DNA of 64,000 nucleotides, from the NCBI RefSeq assembly GCF_964355755.1, contig NC_092676.1:9587888-9651887 (forward strand), written 5' to 3'. The notes under the pieces are model-generated. The model was given only the letters and a program-made list of their open reading frames with translations. It did no database searches and was not told the origin of the DNA. Every line of letters begins with the position of its first letter. The first letter of the stretch is position 1. The stretch comes from Antedon mediterranea. Lineage: Eukaryota > Animalia > Echinodermata. Shown one piece after another: positions 61,001 to 64,000 of the stretch. Made by a program: the position numbers and the translations under genes.

Positions 61001-61257
61001 TAGTGTACAGTATTTATAATGTTTTCTTATCATGCTTTTCTTTATTTAAAAAATTGTTCTTATTTCCGTAGCATCTGGTACACAATTGAATATGCGAGGC
61101 GTCTTTTTGCACGTACTAGGTGATGCTCTTGGCTCTGTGGTCGTCATCATAAGTGCCTTAATCATCTGGTTAGCTGAAGGAGAATGGAGGTTTTACGTTG
61201 ATCCAGCCATGAGCATTTTTATATGTATCATTATTTTAACCACTTCGATTCCATTAT
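51867..61257 (+). CDS. SLC30A1: Zinc transporter ZnT1-like (CDF family); multi-exon, C-terminus beyond the window
   Basis: Exons 51867-52043, 54976-55207, 59387-59656, 61072-61257 are in phase. Motifs SMALVADSFHMLSD, NTYGWVRAEIVGALVN, His-rich GHSHGG loop, LNMRGVFLHVLGDALGS; the TM2 His indicates a Zn type rather than SLC30A10 (Asn). Confidence 0.9.
52705..52950 (+). mobile_element. tRNA-derived SINE (different central domain)
   Basis: Box A TAGCCGAGTGG, box B GGTTCAATTCC, then CCCAGTCCACTCGGCTGTAAATGAGTACC...GGCCACCCTACC. Confidence 0.75.
54976..55207 (+). CDS. SLC30A1: SLC30A1 coding exon 2 (TM3-4)
   Basis: tttag|VSKLQTSRNTYGWVRAE...SSH G|gtaatt. Confidence 0.92.
55348..57127. mobile_element. 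PIF/Harbinger-like non-autonomous element with nested insertions
   Basis: 36-bp TIR GGG..TGTTCAGACCTACGGAGTTATGCTTTCGTAT; 3-bp TSD TGA. Confidence 0.8.
56150..56972. mobile_element. P-element-like MITE, copy 2
   Basis: CAAAG...CTTTG termini; 7-bp TSD GCGACGT. Confidence 0.85.
58260..58700 (-). mobile_element. 3' fragment of an L2/CR1-type LINE
   Basis: Minus-strand translation YGNRSFIFSSARLWNDLPQ; GCGCTATAAAA tail. Confidence 0.55.
59387..59656 (+). CDS. SLC30A1: SLC30A1 coding exon 3 (His-rich loop)
   Basis: ttcag|GHGHSHGGSGHSHGGHSHGG...EAI G|gtaagt. Confidence 0.88.
60359..60537. mobile_element. Harbinger-like MITE; related copy at ~61280-61400
   Basis: TIR AGCTTGGTTCCCACTAG / CTAGTGGGAACCACGCT; TAA TSD. 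Confidence 0.8.
60625..60897 (+). mobile_element. 5'-truncated 5S-derived SINE with Meta-like domain and (TTACCT)n tail
   Basis: TTAAGCAACGTTGGGCCCGG..GGATGGGAGACC..GGTGCTGTA, then AAAGAACTTGGTACACTATTTGAAAAGAGTAGGGG..CCCGGTGT. Confidence 0.7.
61072..61257 (+). CDS. SLC30A1: SLC30A1 coding exon 4 (TM5-6)
   Basis: ccgtag|ASGTQLNMRGVFLHVLGDALGS...YVDP...IPL|gtaagt. Confidence 0.92.
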
Positions 61258-61427
61258 GTAAGTACTGAGCAGGACTTAAAGCTTAGTTCCCACTCTGATC
61301 TATGTGCAATACAAGTGAGTTGACCAATCAAATGCGATGATGATCCATCGCATTGTGATTGGTCAATTACTTACGCCTCATCCAAGTGAGGACTAAGCTT
61401 TGAATAATTTTTGGTGTTTTTTTTGGT

Positions 61428-61761
61428 CATTCCATACCAAGGCAATCAATACATTCCATACCAAGGCAATCAATACATTCCATACCAAGGCAATCAATAC
61501 ATTCCATACCAAGGCAATCAATACATTCCATACCAAGGCAATCAATACATTCCATACCAAGGCAATCAATACATTCCATACCAAGGCAATCAATACATTC
61601 CATACCAAGGCAATCAATACATTCCATACCAAGGCAATCAATACATTCCATACCAAGGCAATCAATACATTCCATACCAAGGCAATCAATACATTCCATA
61701 CCAAGGCAATCAATACATTCCATGCCAAGGCAATCAATACATTCCATACCAAGGCAATCAA
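61428..61761. repeat. 24-bp minisatellite (~14 near-perfect copies)
   Basis: Unit CATTCCATACCAAGGCAATCAATA. Confidence 0.95.
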
Positions 61762-63439
61762 TTTAACAGAGATGGGGAAAGCCCTACAATCGAAAGTCAA
61801 ATCTTGAAAAAATGTGATTTTGCAAAACAAAAATGCATTTTTAAACCCCTAAAATTATTTTAGTTTGCTTCTATCACATTTTCAATGACAGGTAAGTAGA
61901 GGCAAAACTTAGCTTAGACAGCATTTTTTAGCCTTGTCCAATATTTGAATTCATAATTATTTCTAAATGAGAATGCTAAAATATGAAAAGAGTGATTTGC
62001 TAACAAGAAAAAAGGGGATGTGGCACATCATGACTGTAACTTTTAAACAAGGCATATTTGATTGCATTTTTGGCAAAATCAGAGATGATGAACCTGGAGC
62101 CACTGGTTGATTTGGCATGAAATGACCATTTTGTAGGCATTATCTTCTACCCCTTTTACACTACAAACTCTTTTGTACACAATCACAATTTACACTATGT
62201 GAAAACAACTATAGCCTTCTTCCATTTGCACTGGTGTAACCACCTTTTGTTAGGTGTCAAGTCAAGATTCTGATTCTGATTACACAATGTAAAGATGCAT
62301 TTTAGTCTGATGAGGCATGATGGGAATCTCTTTGTTGTAGTGTGCCATTTGAATTTGAAAGGAACTGTTATTAATAAATAGTTGGGTTTATGAAAAACCC
62401 TTAATGGGGAAGCACCAGCAATACTTTTATCACCTGATAATAACTATAATTTATTAGCCAATGATAAGCATAATAATATTTGCAGAGAGCAACCATTATA
62501 TACTGAAATATAACGTTTCATGATCTGAGCTATTACGTGATAATAATAATTATTTATGACTTATCATTTAATAGAATTATAAGAAATGTATTGACAACTT
62601 ATTTTCAAAATGATATAAATAATAAACTATTATATTATCATATAAAGCCACAAAAATTGAATTATTTTCCAAAAAAAAACATCTATTGTTAATGTACAAT
62701 ACCAAACAAACACACATAGAAAATAATGTCTGAAGGGGCACAGTCAAGGGAATTAGGAAGAATATGTTAACAAATCTTAATAACTCGAAGACGAGTTCAG
62801 ATTTATTTGTTCCTTGCGGAAATTCATGACACATGGCAAAATACAAAACGTACAAAATATAAATAAATAAAATATATAAGAGGCTAGGAGTCCTGAAACA
62901 ATGATAGGATGAACTACGAATGACCTACAACTCACAGCCTACTGGGCTGAATTGCACACAGGTGTGGATGGCATGTAAAACATTTCTTCTCCCCTGAGGA
63001 TCCCTTTGTGTTGTAGCTGCCACAAAACAATGCTCATATATCTGTCCACAACAACATAATACCAAAAAAAACCAAATTACTTAATTAATTATCTCAATAT
63101 TTATTTGTAAAATAATTTTGATATTGAAAATGTGTGTAGTTGGTCGCTTTCTTGTCGATGCTTTTATTGTAGAACGTAATTTATTTATTTTTCTCTGCTC
63201 TGGGTTGACCAACTAGCATAGGTGTTTAGCACCTGTTTGGTCTTTCTGTGCCTCCTTTTATAATTGTTTTGTCTTCTTTGTTATGTATATGGAAGAAATT
63301 GAATAAATAAAAAATAAATTTAGGACACTTCTACTGTATTTAGGAGATAAAAGGAATAAAAGACGTTATATGTTTTAGGAAACACACCTAATAGGAGACA
63401 CTTGCACACCTAATAGGAGACACTTTCTTAAGTCTTGAA

Positions 63440-63559
63440 GTTATCCCCCTAATAGTTATCCCCCTAATAGTTATCCCCCTAATAGTTATCCCCCTAATAG
63501 TTAAGTTATCCCCCTAATAGTTAAGTTATCCCCCTAATAAAGTTATCCCCCTAATAGTT
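63440..63559. repeat. 15-bp tandem repeat
   Basis: GTTATCCCCCTAATA x7. Confidence 0.9.
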
Positions 63560-63668
63560 TCTACTGTACTTAAAACTCAGTCGGTCTCAAGACAAGTGAA
63601 AATATATGCTTTTTGCAAATATTTATCCTTAAAAGGTTATTAACGCACATGCCCAAGTTCTTGACTAT

Positions 63669-64000
63669 GGATATTAATTGTCCCCCCCTAAAAATATAAT
63701 TTTTCAAAATGTTTTTGTTGAATATGCCATTTTAATGTCACATTTACTTTAGTTTTACCAAAAATTGGATCTAAAAAAAATAAAATAAAAATTGTTACCT
63801 TGTAAAACTGTAATTTAAAGCAAAAATTGTCAAATTGACTTGAAATCAATGAATTTTTTATTGTTGTTTATTTGTGTATTTATATAATATATTATAATAT
63901 AAGTGAAAACATTTTTTCTACAGAATTGATTACCTTCATTAAAACTACGAAATGGCCTATTCAAAGTCTATTTTTATTATCTTCATTTTTCATGTATTTT
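63669..64000. mobile_element. Copy of the Kolobok-like family seen at 10845-11675
   Basis: TTGTCCCCCCC start and colinear similarity with 11331-11670. Confidence 0.55.

Noticed and set aside
61393-61863. Four overlapping repetitive ORFs (TFHTKAIN, YQGNQYIP, LVWNVLIA, GMECIDCL)
   Set aside because: Artefacts of a 24-bp intronic minisatellite that is stop-free in several frames; no splice or homology support.

Overview
AT-rich, intron-containing animal genomic DNA. The repeat repertoire suggests a marine invertebrate, possibly an echinoderm (inference only). Two host genes are arranged divergently. On the minus strand is a DNMBP/Tuba orthologue (SH3x5-linker-DH-BAR); 15 coding exons were traced by splice sites and phase from 28627 down to 193, and the gene runs off the left edge. 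On the plus strand is a ZnT1/SLC30A1-type zinc exporter; 4 coding exons lie at 51867-61257 and the gene runs off the right edge. The rest is dense in mobile DNA. An apparently intact 5.4 kb Sola-like DDD transposon (spliced 834-aa transposase with a C-terminal Tudor-like module, TAAA TSD) sits in a DNMBP intron. A 5.7 kb palindromic composite element has Academ-like TAG/CTA ends, a TAA TSD and ~1.55 kb arms, and encloses a decayed Penelope-like retroelement and three hammerhead ribozyme motifs. A P-element-like family with 7-bp TSDs is present as full MITEs, as 21-23 bp palindromic excision footprints, and as a footprint-derived minisatellite. There are also many MITEs (piggyBac-, Kolobok-, hAT-, Harbinger- and MULE-like), tRNA- and 5S-derived SINEs and minisatellites. 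All calls come from reading the sequence by eye; superfamily labels rest on termini, TSD and motif logic and need database confirmation.
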